Shown one piece after another: positions 15,833 to 24,995 of a stretch of DNA of 64,000 nucleotides. The notes under the pieces were generated by a model. That model ran no database searches. It saw nothing but the letters and a program-made list of their open reading frames with translations, and was not told the origin of the DNA. Made by a program: the position numbers and the translations under genes. Each line of letters opens with the position of its first letter. The first letter of the stretch is position 1. Source of the DNA: Candidatus Peribacterales bacterium (GTDB lineage: Bacteria > Patescibacteriota > Gracilibacteria > Peribacterales > Peribacteraceae); NCBI GenBank assembly GCA_035289645.1, contig DATDWL010000002.1, positions 759 to 64,758 of the forward strand, in the 5' to 3' direction.

Positions 15833-18800
15833 ATGAACCCCGTCTCCACCGCCGCAGCGAAAAATATTCCAATGGACATTCCCAGAGTAGATGATGTGTA
15901 CGGTGGTTCGGAGGAGAAGGTACAGGCGAGCAGAGGACTCCGCATCCAGAGGGTATTTACGACTCCTGGGAGCGATCCCTTGGATGAGGTTCGCTACGAG
16001 AGGCGCACGAGCAAAATCGTGAATACGGATGGTTCCGTCGTGTTCGAGATGGATGGTGCGGAAATTCCTGCAGATTGGTCCCAAGTTGCGACGGATATTA
16101 TGGTGAGTAAATACTTCCGCAAGGCTGGAGTCCCGCAAGAAGACGAGAAGGGGAATCCCCTTAAAGACGAGCAGGGGAAGATCCTCACGGGTCCCGAGCG
16201 CAGCGCAAAGCAGGTGATTCGTCGCCTTGCTGGCTGCTGGCGGCACTGGGGAGAGAAGCATGGCTATTTCGATACCGTGCAGGACGCGCAGGCGTTCGAA
16301 GATGAGCTCAAATACATGCTTGTCCACCAGATGGCGGCGCCAAACAGTCCCCAGTGGTTTAATACGGGTCTCCATTATTCCTACGGCATCACGGGTCCGG
16401 CGCAGGGACACTTCTACTGCGATCCTGTTACCGGTGTCGTACGGCAGAGCGAGGATGCCTACACTCATCCGCAGCCTCATGCATGTTTCATACAATCCGT
16501 GACGGATGACATGGTGAACCCGGGTGGCATTATGGATTTATGGGTGAGGGAAGCGCGCCTCTTTAAATACGGTTCCGGAACGGGGACGAATTTTTCAGAG
16601 CTCCGCGGATCTGGCGAGTCGCTTTCGGGCGGGGGGAAAAGCTCCGGACTCATGTCGTTCCTCAAAATTGGCGACAGGGCAGCGGGTGCAATTAAATCCG
16701 GGGGCACGACGCGCCGCGCCGCGAAAATGGTGTGCCTTGATCTCGATCATCCGGATATCGAAGAATTTGTGAATTGGAAGGTAAAGGAGGAGAAGAAAGT
16801 TTCCGCCATGAGCGAAGCTGGCTATTCCACCGATTTTAACGGTGAGGCGTATCAAACCGTTTCCGGCCAGAATTCCAATAATTCCGTGCGCGTTCCGCAT
16901 TCCTTTTTCCAGTCACTCGAGCAGGACAGCGATTGGCACCTCTACTTCCGCACCGAGCGTCGTAAGGCAAAAGCGGAGAACAGGAAACCCGTTCCATGCG
17001 AGACGCTCAAAGCACGTGCACTCTGGGATCAGGTCGGACATGCGGCGTGGGTGTGCGCGGATCCTGGCGTTCAGTACGACACGACGATCAACGATTGGCA
17101 CACCTGTCCCGAAGATGGTTCCATTCGTGCCAGTAATCCCTGCAGCGAGTACATGTTCCTCGATAACACCGCGTGCAACTTGGCATCGCTCAATCTCCTT
17201 AAATTCTACCCTTCGGCTCGCGCCTCCGGTGCCCGCTCGGAGCAGGTTCAAAAGGAATTCGATATCGAGGGATTCCGCCATGCAGTTCGTCTTTGGACCA
17301 TTGTGCTCGAAATCTCCGTGCTTATGGCGCAGTTCCCAAGCGAAGAAATCGCACGCCTTAGTTATATGTTCCGTACGCTTGGTCTTGGCTACGCCAATAT
17401 TGGCGCCATGTTGATGCAGATGGGCATTCCCTACGATTCCCCCAAAGCACGCGCTCTTGCCGGTGCCATTACTGCGATTCTCACCGGAGATTCCTATGTG
17501 CAATCCGCGCGTATGGCCGAGGTGCTTGGATCATTCCCGGGGTTCGAAAAAAACAGGAATCATATGCTGCGCGTCATGCGTAACCATCGTCGCGCAGCCT
17601 ACGATGCGCCGCCCCACGAATACGAAGGGCTCCATGTCATCCCTGTTGGCATCGATCAAAAGGTGTGTCCCCCGGAGTTCCTCGATGCGGCTCACGAATC
17701 ATGGGATGAAGCTGTAGAGCTTGGAGAGAAGTTTGGTTACCGTAACGCTCAGACAACGGTCATTGCACCGACAGGCACCATTGGTCTCCTTATGGATTGC
17801 GATACGACCGGCGTAGAACCAGATTTTGCGCTCGTCAAATTTAAGAAGCTCGCCGGTGGCGGTTACATGAAGATTGCAAACCAATCTGTGAAACCGGCGC
17901 TCCTCGCGCTCGGCTACACCGAAGAGCAGGTTAAAGAGATTATGTGCTACATCCTCGGTTCGCTCACGCTTGCGGATACGCCGCACATCAATCGTATCAC
18001 CCTTAAAGAGAAAGGGTTTACCGATGAGGATTTGAAGAAAATCGAATCGCAGCTTCCGCAAGTCTTCGAGCTCTCATTCGCATTCAATCGCTGGGCACTT
18101 GGCGAGGATGTCATGAAGCGTCTTGGATTTACGCCCGAGCAATACGATGACCCCGGGTTCACGATGCTCCGAGCACTTGGATTCCCACAGAAGGAAATCG
18201 AGATCGCGAACGAGCACATATGCGGTCGTATGACGATCGAAGGCGCACCCTACATCCGCGAGGAGCACCTCGCCGTGTTCGATTGCGCCAATAAGTGCGG
18301 AAAGATCGGCAAGCGCTACATCGTGCCGGAAGGGCATATCCGCATGATGGCGGCAACACAGCCGTTCATTTCCGGCGCGATCAGCAAGACGATCAATCTT
18401 CCACACGAAGCAACGGTGGAGGACATCAAGAATTGTTACCTCCTCAGTTGGAAGCTTGGGCTCAAGGCGAATGCGCTCTACCGCGATGGCTGCAAGTTGA
18501 GCCAACCTCTTTCCACCAAGAGTGATTCAAAGGAATCGAAGGATGAAAAAGAATCAAAAGAGATGAGGGTGGAAATTAAAGAGCGCATCGTCATCAAAGA
18601 GGTTCCGCGTCGCCGCAAACTTGCGGATGAACGCCACAGCATTGCGCATAAATTTACCGTGGCAGGTCACGAGGGGTACATCCATGTCGGCATGTACGAG
18701 GATGGATCGCCCGGTGAAATTTTCATCAAGATGAGCAAAGAGGGGACAACGCTTTCCGGCGTCATGGATGCGCTCGCGCTCTCGCTCAGTATGAACCTCC

Positions 18801-19279
18801 AGTACGGCGTTCCTTTGGAAGTCCTCTGCCAGAAGCTTGTGGGTGCAAGGTTCGAGCCGATGGGTATGACGACGAATAAAGAGATCCCTCGTGCGACCAG
18901 CATGATGGATTACCTTGGTCGGTGGCTTGCGCTTAAATTCCTCACGAAGGAGAAGGCCAAATACTTCCACAATGCGGAGCTCGTCGAAATGGCCTACACC
19001 ACGGGTACAAAGAGCCGCGATGCGTTTGCCATGCGCCTCCCTGTACTCGATGAAGGCTCGCAGATGCCAATGGATATGGCAAAGATCGTCTCCGATGAAA
19101 CAAGTCTTTCGCTGGAAGAAGCCGTGCAGGATGCAACGACCGCTCCCGATAAAATCGAAGTCGCACGCCAACAGGGTTACACCGGTTCCATGTGCTCTGG
19201 CTGCGGCAGCTTTAAAGTAAAGCGTAACGGCTCATGCGAGGTGTGCCTTGATTGTGGAGCGACGAGCGGGTGCTCATAA
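15833..19279 (+). CDS. nrdJ: Class II (adenosylcobalamin-dependent) ribonucleotide reductase
   Basis: 1148 aa. Active-site region SNPCSEYMFLDNTACNLASLNL, ISKTINLPHEATVEDI, and a C-terminal Cys-rich tail CSGCGSFKVKRNGSCEVCLDCG. Confidence 0.93.
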   Translation: MNPVSTAAAKNIPMDIPRVDDVYGGSEEKVQASRGLRIQRVFTTPGSDPLDEVRYERRTSKIVNTDGSVVFEMDGAEIPADWSQVATDIMVSKYFRKAGVPQEDEKGNPLKDEQGKILTGPERSAKQVIRRLAGCWRHWGEKHGYFDTVQDAQAFEDELKYMLVHQMAAPNSPQWFNTGLHYSYGITGPAQGHFYCDPVTGVVRQSEDAYTHPQPHACFIQSVTDDMVNPGGIMDLWVREARLFKYGSGTGTNFSELRGSGESLSGGGKSSGLMSFLKIGDRAAGAIKSGGTTRRAAKMVCLDLDHPDIEEFVNWKVKEEKKVSAMSEAGYSTDFNGEAYQTVSGQNSNNSVRVPHSFFQSLEQDSDWHLYFRTERRKAKAENRKPVPCETLKARALWDQVGHAAWVCADPGVQYDTTINDWHTCPEDGSIRASNPCSEYMFLDNTACNLASLNLLKFYPSARASGARSEQVQKEFDIEGFRHAVRLWTIVLEISVLMAQFPSEEIARLSYMFRTLGLGYANIGAMLMQMGIPYDSPKARALAGAITAILTGDSYVQSARMAEVLGSFPGFEKNRNHMLRVMRNHRRAAYDAPPHEYEGLHVIPVGIDQKVCPPEFLDAAHESWDEAVELGEKFGYRNAQTTVIAPTGTIGLLMDCDTTGVEPDFALVKFKKLAGGGYMKIANQSVKPALLALGYTEEQVKEIMCYILGSLTLADTPHINRITLKEKGFTDEDLKKIESQLPQVFELSFAFNRWALGEDVMKRLGFTPEQYDDPGFTMLRALGFPQKEIEIANEHICGRMTIEGAPYIREEHLAVFDCANKCGKIGKRYIVPEGHIRMMAATQPFISGAISKTINLPHEATVEDIKNCYLLSWKLGLKANALYRDGCKLSQPLSTKSDSKESKDEKESKEMRVEIKERIVIKEVPRRRKLADERHSIAHKFTVAGHEGYIHVGMYEDGSPGEIFIKMSKEGTTLSGVMDALALSLSMNLQYGVPLEVLCQKLVGARFEPMGMTTNKEIPRATSMMDYLGRWLALKFLTKEKAKYFHNAELVEMAYTTGTKSRDAFAMRLPVLDEGSQMPMDMAKIVSDETSLSLEEAVQDATTAPDKIEVARQQGYTGSMCSGCGSFKVKRNGSCEVCLDCGATSGCS

Positions 19280-19341
19280 GAGAGTCCATTTTTTGTTGAA
19301 CGTTTTCTGGTTTGCGAGAGATGCGCCGTGGTGTGCCACTC

Positions 19342-19683
19342 TTAAAGACGATGCTCTGGAAGAGGCTTTGTGTACCGTACACCGGATGATCGTGCTTCGT
19401 ATTGTGATATGACAGCTGCGTGAGATTCAGTTGGTTTCGATGCACGAAACTTTTGTATGACTGCAACACAGTCTCCCGTGGTGAGTGAGCCAATAGTTTC
19501 TAATGCTTTGTCGACCTGTCTTGATGGCATGACTCCCTCAACGCGAAGCCCTTCGATTATTTCTTCTAATGCTTGATGAGCAGGGGAAGTGTCGCAACAG
19601 TGACCCTCCTGAGTGGTGCTGTGCGCTGCTTGATCATCTCCTGTTTCCTCTACTACCAAAGTGTTTAGGCCTTGGGATCTCAT
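19342..19683 (-). CDS. Hypothetical protein (orphan, possibly frameshifted)
   Basis: 113-aa ORF in an AT-richer spacer. An overlapping ORF (19212-19493) in another frame continues with similar-looking sequence. Confidence 0.3.
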   Translation of the reverse strand: MRSQGLNTLVVEETGDDQAAHSTTQEGHCCDTSPAHQALEEIIEGLRVEGVMPSRQVDKALETIGSLTTGDCVAVIQKFRASKPTESHAAVISQYEARSSGVRYTKPLPEHRL

Positions 19684-19846
19684 GAATGAAATTGGAAAAA
19701 AGTTTGATGCATTATCTGCGCATAGGTTTTCGAGTCAAGCAATGAGTCTGTGATGTGTGGGAAGTACGATAGAATGGCTTTGGAGAGCCATGATTTGGAG
19801 TTTTCATTCTGGTTCCCATCGTCTTCAATACAGGCCAAAATGCAAA

Positions 19847-19918
19847 CCTCGCGACGTGCTTCGGCTGCGTTCACCCGTCCGCATAGGCGGACGGGCTCAC
19901 TGCGCTCAGCATGACGTA
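19847..19918 (+). repeat. Hairpin repeat copy C (solo)
   Basis: cctcgcgacgtgcttcggctgcgttcacccgtccgc-atag-gcggacgggctcactgcgctcagcatgacgta. Confidence 0.75.
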
Positions 19919-19949
19919 AATGAGGTATCCATCCATATTTCTCTAGTTA

Positions 19950-19958
19950 TGGTATGAT
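19950..19958 (+). promoter_or_regulatory. Extended -10 TGgTATGAT, 8 nt upstream of the purB ATG
   Basis: TGgTATGAT at 19950-19958, ATG at 19967. Confidence 0.45.
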
Positions 19959-19966
19959 CTTTGCCA

Positions 19967-21274
19967 ATGCACCCCCTTTCTCCACTCGATGGCCGCTACC
20001 AAAAGAAGGTTGCGGTGCTTTCGCCGTACTTTAGCGAAGAGGCACTGATGAAGGCGCGGGTCGAGGTCGAAATCCTCTACTTCCTTGCTCTTGCAGATGA
20101 ACCGAAGGTGAAGGAACTCAAACGTGTTTCACATGCGGATCGAACGAAGCTCATGGCCATGATCGAAAAATTCGGTGCTAAGGATCTCGCCATCATTTCG
20201 AACTTCGAGCAGCGCACCAATCACGATGTAAAGGCTGTGGAGTATTACCTCCGCAAAAAATTCCAATCGATGCCATCGCTTCGTAAATCGATCAACTTCA
20301 TCCACTTTGGCCTCACGAGTGAGGATATTAACAATCTTGCCTACGGCATCCTCATCATGCGCTCACTTAAGGAAGTACTTAAACTGGAGCTCAAAGCCGT
20401 TCTTGCGGAACTTGGAAGCATGGGGAGGCGGTGGAAGAACACGGAGCTCCTCAGCCTCACGCATGGGCAGCCGGCCACTCCTACGACCCTTGGAAAAGAG
20501 TTTCTCGTGTTCCACGAGCGAATGAACCGCCAAATTTCCTCACTCTACGATTTCCATATGTGTGGGAAACTCGGGGGAGCGGTGGGGAACTTCTTGGCAC
20601 ATCAGGCAGCATACCCAGAGGTGAATTGGGAAGCGTTTGGCCGCAAATTTGTGCGATCACTCGGTCTTACACCGCTTCGCTACACGACGCAGATCAATCC
20701 CCATGATGATCTCGCGGAACTCAGTCATCATTTCTTCCGCATCAACACGATTCTTATTGATCTCTCCCGCGATCTTTGGTTTTACATCTCTCGCGGGATT
20801 TTTACGCAGAAGAAAATCGGGAGCGAAGTAGGATCTTCCACCATGCCACACAAAGTGAACCCGATTGACTTCGAAAATGCGGAGGGCAATCTTGGCCTCT
20901 CCTCGGCACTTTTCCATCATTTCGCAGAAAAACTCCCGATCTCCCGACTCCAGCGCGATCTCTCCGATTCTACGGTGCAGAGGAACCTTGGCGTTGCGTT
21001 CGGACACCATCTCCTTGCACTCCAATCACTTAAAAAAGGCCTCCAAAAACTTCAGCTTAATCCACAGCATATCCGTGAGGAGCTCGATCACCACCCGGAA
21101 GTACTCGCCGAGGCGATTCAAACCGTGATGCGGAAAAACGGTGTGCAGGATGCCTACGAACAGATGAAGAAGCTGACGAGAGGGGAGAAGGTAACACGGG
21201 AGAAACTGAGAGAGTGTGTGGAAGAAATGTCGCTTCCAAAGGAAGAGAAAGAGAAACTGTTACGTTTTCTGTAG
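19967..21274 (+). CDS. purB: Adenylosuccinate lyase
   Basis: SPLDGRYQKKV at the N-terminus and the fumarate-lyase signature SSTMPHKVNPIDFENAEGN. An alternative TTG start lies at 19961. Confidence 0.92.
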   Translation: MHPLSPLDGRYQKKVAVLSPYFSEEALMKARVEVEILYFLALADEPKVKELKRVSHADRTKLMAMIEKFGAKDLAIISNFEQRTNHDVKAVEYYLRKKFQSMPSLRKSINFIHFGLTSEDINNLAYGILIMRSLKEVLKLELKAVLAELGSMGRRWKNTELLSLTHGQPATPTTLGKEFLVFHERMNRQISSLYDFHMCGKLGGAVGNFLAHQAAYPEVNWEAFGRKFVRSLGLTPLRYTTQINPHDDLAELSHHFFRINTILIDLSRDLWFYISRGIFTQKKIGSEVGSSTMPHKVNPIDFENAEGNLGLSSALFHHFAEKLPISRLQRDLSDSTVQRNLGVAFGHHLLALQSLKKGLQKLQLNPQHIREELDHHPEVLAEAIQTVMRKNGVQDAYEQMKKLTRGEKVTREKLRECVEEMSLPKEEKEKLLRFL

Positions 21275-21303
21275 GAATTTCCTTACTCATTGTTCTTTCT
21301 GCA

Positions 21304-21735
21304 TCAGGTTACATCTCTTACAATCGCATCATGTGTTGCTCGGAGCAATTGAGCTAAAGTTGTAAGCATTGCTTTTTGCGGTGCAGTGATTTCTACTGTT
21401 CTTTGTTCTATTTTTTCCGCTTGTTGACGTAGCTCTGCGAGTGTACGCAAGGTGGCAATCTCATCTCGCTTGAGAATATTCAAGGTGATGAGGTGTTGGA
21501 TAGTGATGCGAAATTCATTTATGGAGATGGCAAAGGGACAAGGATAAGAAGCTGTTCCCCTTATTTCTTTGTCGCTCACGCTAATTTCTGAATCGTTACG
21601 TTGAACTTTGATAATCCACCAAGAAAGTAACTTGCTCGTTGATATCACGATATCATTGTGATGAGCAGGTTGCGCAAGTTCTGCAAGATTCGGAAGGTCG
21701 GTCGTTTCGCAGCAAGAGAGTGATGGAGTAGGCAT
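21304..21735 (-). CDS. Hypothetical protein (orphan)
   Basis: ORF 21304-21765 begins with GTG, so I prefer the ATG at 21735. AT-richer than its flanks, with a helical C-terminus. Confidence 0.45.
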   Translation of the reverse strand: MPTPSLSCCETTDLPNLAELAQPAHHNDIVISTSKLLSWWIIKVQRNDSEISVSDKEIRGTASYPCPFAISINEFRITIQHLITLNILKRDEIATLRTLAELRQQAEKIEQRTVEITAPQKAMLTTLAQLLRATHDAIVRDVT

Positions 21736-21787
21736 TGTGAAAGAGGAGGATTGTATCCTTTGCACTGGTGAAGAATCAAAGAGATTC

Positions 21788-22561
21788 CTACGAAACCGAA
21801 AGACGCACGTACTTCATCACTTTTGCGCCACCGAGATACTTCTCCACACTCATCGACTGATCCTTGGCAAATGGCTGCTTCATGAGTGCGGATTCCTCGC
21901 GGAACTTTTTCTCTTTGCCCAACATGATTTTATCGAACATTGCTTCTGGCTTTCCTTCCTTCTTCAATTGATCACGCCAAATCTCCTTCTCTTTCTCCAC
22001 GGATTCCGAGGAGACTTCCTCCGGATTTACGACCGTCGGAGCCATGGCGGCGGCATGCATCGCGACATCCCTCGCCTTTACCTCGTCGCCACCATCCAGT
22101 GTGACGATGACGCCGATCTTGCTATTGCTGTGGACGTACGTGCCAATGGGAGAACCTTCGATCATCTGTACGCTCGTGAGGGAAACATTTTCGCCCAGCT
22201 TATTCACGAGAGCGGGGATAATTGATTCCGCATGTGCTTTGACGGTTTCCACGCCCTTGGCCAATGCCATCTTCGCCAATTCCTTTCCTGCATTCACAAA
22301 ATCATCGCCGCGCGCCACGAAGTCGGTTTCGCACGCCATGTGGACGATACCCGCTTTTCCGCTCCCAGCTTCGATGAAAATGCTGCCCTCCTTCTGATCG
22401 CGATCAGATTTTTTGATGGCCTGAGCAATCCCTCGTTTCCGCAAGATATCAATCGCTTTCTCTTCATCACCGCCTGATTCTTCCAATGCGCTCTTCACGG
22501 CCAAAAGACCAACCCCTGTGCGCTTGCGGAGTGAGGATACTTGTTCTGCGGTGATTGCCAT
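21788..22561 (-). CDS. tsf: Elongation factor Ts
   Basis: MAITAEQVSSLRKRTGVGLLAVKSALEESGGDEEKAIDILRKRG. Start set at ATG 22561. Confidence 0.92.
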   Translation of the reverse strand: MAITAEQVSSLRKRTGVGLLAVKSALEESGGDEEKAIDILRKRGIAQAIKKSDRDQKEGSIFIEAGSGKAGIVHMACETDFVARGDDFVNAGKELAKMALAKGVETVKAHAESIIPALVNKLGENVSLTSVQMIEGSPIGTYVHSNSKIGVIVTLDGGDEVKARDVAMHAAAMAPTVVNPEEVSSESVEKEKEIWRDQLKKEGKPEAMFDKIMLGKEKKFREESALMKQPFAKDQSMSVEKYLGGAKVMKYVRLSVS

Positions 22562-22595
22562 GGGAGAGAAAGGGGAAAGAAAAAGAGAAATAGTT

Positions 22596-23345
22596 TTACA
22601 TGCCAACAAGAATTGTCGGCTCTTCCGGTGCTTTGACTACAACTTTTTCCTCTTTGACAACGGTTTCTCGCGGGGTTTCGAGGATTGCTTGCTTCACGGT
22701 GTTGAGGATCAGCATCACTGATCCCGAGGCATCATCATTTGCAGGGATTGCGATTTTGAAGAGATCAGGATCCGCATTGCTGTCGCAAATCCCGTAGACC
22801 GGAATCTTCGCAATATTCGCTTCGCGCACGGAGATGACGTCGCGTACGGCATCGACGACGAAAATAGCATCGGGAAGACCCGCCATACCGGCAACTCCGG
22901 AGAGTGCCTTGTCGAGTTGTGCGAGTTTCTTATGGAGCTTGAGCTGTTCTTTCTTCGTGTACTTCTCCACTTCGCCAGTCTTAAACTGCCTCTGAAGATC
23001 AATGAAGTATTTAATGCGACGACTGATTGTTTTCCAGTTTGTGACGAGTCCTGGAATCCACTTTTTTGTGACAGTGGGATGCCCTGTCTCTTGACCAAGG
23101 TCTTCGAGTGCCGCGGTGCTAAAGAGCTTCGTCGACACGAAGAGAATGGATTTTCCCTGCCTGTGGAGCTCTACAAGTTCATTGCAGGCATCTTCTAATT
23201 TCTTTCGCGTCTGCGTCAGATCAAAGATGTGAATTCCCTTTTCGATACCGTAGAGGTATCGCTTCATCTTTGGATTCCATTTCGGGGATTTATGACCGAT
23301 GTGGCATGCAGCTGCGAGCAGCTCTTGTTCGGAGGGGATGTACAT
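22596..23345 (-). CDS. rpsB: 30S ribosomal protein S2
   Basis: LLAAACHIGHKSPKWNPKMKRYLYG and following sequence. Conserved rpsB-tsf gene order. Confidence 0.95.
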   Translation of the reverse strand: MYIPSEQELLAAACHIGHKSPKWNPKMKRYLYGIEKGIHIFDLTQTRKKLEDACNELVELHRQGKSILFVSTKLFSTAALEDLGQETGHPTVTKKWIPGLVTNWKTISRRIKYFIDLQRQFKTGEVEKYTKKEQLKLHKKLAQLDKALSGVAGMAGLPDAIFVVDAVRDVISVREANIAKIPVYGICDSNADPDLFKIAIPANDDASGSVMLILNTVKQAILETPRETVVKEEKVVVKAPEEPTILVGM

Positions 23346-23600
23346 AGTGTGGGAGTGGAAGGAGATCCTTAGCGTCGCTCAGAGTTTTGCGGGAGGGTAG
23401 GACCACTTTGCAATTGCTTGCATGAGGCAGGACCCCTCAACTCATCTCACTTCGCTCGGGGCAAGTCGCGCGATCAGTGAGGAGTGACAGACGGGAGAAT
23501 AGGGTGATGAAACTCCTCACGCAAGCATTTCGATCGTCAAATGACATTCCATGATCGCACGATGACTCCGTCGCATGGGCAGTCCGTATGACAACACGTA

Positions 23601-24896
23601 TTAACGAAGAGCGACAGTCTCCACCTCCATCGCATGGACAAGGTATCGTTGCTTATTGCTGTCGCGTGGCCAGCAGGTGTAAAGAATGAGCTCTGATACG
23701 CCGTCATCATTGAATGGGCTGACATCTTTCGCATCGATTACCTGCTTTCGCGTTACTTCGTAGATGTGCAGTTTTCCTTCGTAATTGATATATACACGGT
23801 CGCCGGAGACGAGTTCGTTAATTCTCCGGAATGCCTTTGTCCACTCCGAACGATCTCCTGGCCACCCGGAACTATGGCCGTAGATCATTGTTTTTCCCGG
23901 ATTACCCGGATAAGCGAAGAGGTGTCCCACTCCATCATTGAGCGGTGCAAGGATACCATCCTTGCTGAATGGATCTGCAGGATGCCCGATTGTCACATCC
24001 ATGAAGTTGAGTGAAGGAATGGTAATTGCAAACTCCTTTTGCGATGCATACTCGTGCTGTGCGGGAATCGGTGCCGCTGGTCCGTAGGTCTTCTGCGGCG
24101 GCGGCAGCATGAGCGAAAATGGATCGCTTGGCGTAAAGGGGAGCGGGGTGATGGAGAACGGGATGGGCGCGGCAGGGATACTTGCGAGTGGAGGAGCAAA
24201 TGCGTTATCGGAGGTTCCGAGGCTTTGCGTAATGGTGGATGGATCATTCTTATACGCGTAAATCCCTTTTGATTCGATGAAATGCAAACGGAAGAGGATG
24301 CCGAAGAACTGTCCGCGGGTAATTGGTGTTCCAAGAGAAATGCGTTCGCCTGGTCCCACGAGGTTTCGATCAATCGCCCAGCTCACTGCATCCGTAAACC
24401 ATTGGTTTGGCACATTCGTGATTCGATCAGAGCTTTGGAAAGCAATGGTGCTTTCGTCGCGCATGGCGCGCTTAAGCATGACGAGCGCTTGTTCCACTGT
24501 AAGCGGTTTGGCAGGACGAAACGAACCATCACCCATTCCTTTTACGATCCCCTCCAAAAATCCCACTTCCACGTATGGCGCATACCACTCCTCTTGATTC
24601 ATATCGGTGAAGAGCGACATGGCGGGGAGGTTCTCCGTAAACCATACGACTTGAGGCGCGTACTGTTCTCGCATGCGGAGGACCGATGCTAATCCTTCTA
24701 CTCTCGATAGCGACTTGCCCGGACGTACTGTGCCATCGCTAAAACCAAGGACGATGTTCTGTTTTTGGAGGTACGCAAACGCATCCATGTATCGTGAATT
24801 TTCCGGTACATCGGTAAATGCCGCATACGCAACGGTGCCGCGCACGAAGAGCGCGCTTATAAGGAGGAGGGAACACAGGCGTGAGGTTCTCACCAT
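23601..24896 (-). CDS. Secreted protein with three SLH domains fused to a C-terminal sortase domain
   Basis: Signal peptide, three SLH repeats (FTDVPENSRYMDAFAYL..., FTDMNQEEWYAPYVEVG..., WFTDAVSWAIDRNL...) and a Pro-rich linker. The sortase core has IYGHSS (His), LILYTCWP (TLxTC Cys) and KQRYLVHA (Arg). Confidence 0.8.
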   Translation of the reverse strand: MVRTSRLCSLLLISALFVRGTVAYAAFTDVPENSRYMDAFAYLQKQNIVLGFSDGTVRPGKSLSRVEGLASVLRMREQYAPQVVWFTENLPAMSLFTDMNQEEWYAPYVEVGFLEGIVKGMGDGSFRPAKPLTVEQALVMLKRAMRDESTIAFQSSDRITNVPNQWFTDAVSWAIDRNLVGPGERISLGTPITRGQFFGILFRLHFIESKGIYAYKNDPSTITQSLGTSDNAFAPPLASIPAAPIPFSITPLPFTPSDPFSLMLPPPQKTYGPAAPIPAQHEYASQKEFAITIPSLNFMDVTIGHPADPFSKDGILAPLNDGVGHLFAYPGNPGKTMIYGHSSGWPGDRSEWTKAFRRINELVSGDRVYINYEGKLHIYEVTRKQVIDAKDVSPFNDDGVSELILYTCWPRDSNKQRYLVHAMEVETVALR

Positions 24897-24904
24897 GGGG
24901 TGCT

Positions 24905-24933
24905 ATTTTGGATACAAAACCTGTTTTTGTCAA
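24905..24933 (-). promoter_or_regulatory. Promoter TTGACA-N17-CAAAAT, 8 nt upstream of the SLH-sortase ATG
   Basis: The minus strand reads ttgaca-aaaacaggttttgtatc-caaaat-agcacccc-ATG. Confidence 0.5.
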
Positions 24934-24982
24934 ATGCAGATTTTTAGCGAAATGACTGTTTTGAGCTTTTATAAGCGATCGG

Positions 24983-24988
24983 TACACT
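24983..24988 (+). promoter_or_regulatory. -10 box TACACT, 7 nt upstream of the ychF ATG
   Basis: cggTACACTttccttcATG. Confidence 0.45.
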
Positions 24989-24995
24989 TTCCTTC

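Noticed and set aside
15833-19279. An intein or other insertion as an explanation for the large size (1148 aa) of NrdJ.
   Set aside because: The sequence is contiguous with class II RNR-like segments throughout. I saw no Cys/Ser-start plus HN-end splicing motifs or homing endonuclease block. Long monomeric NrdJ proteins of this size are known.
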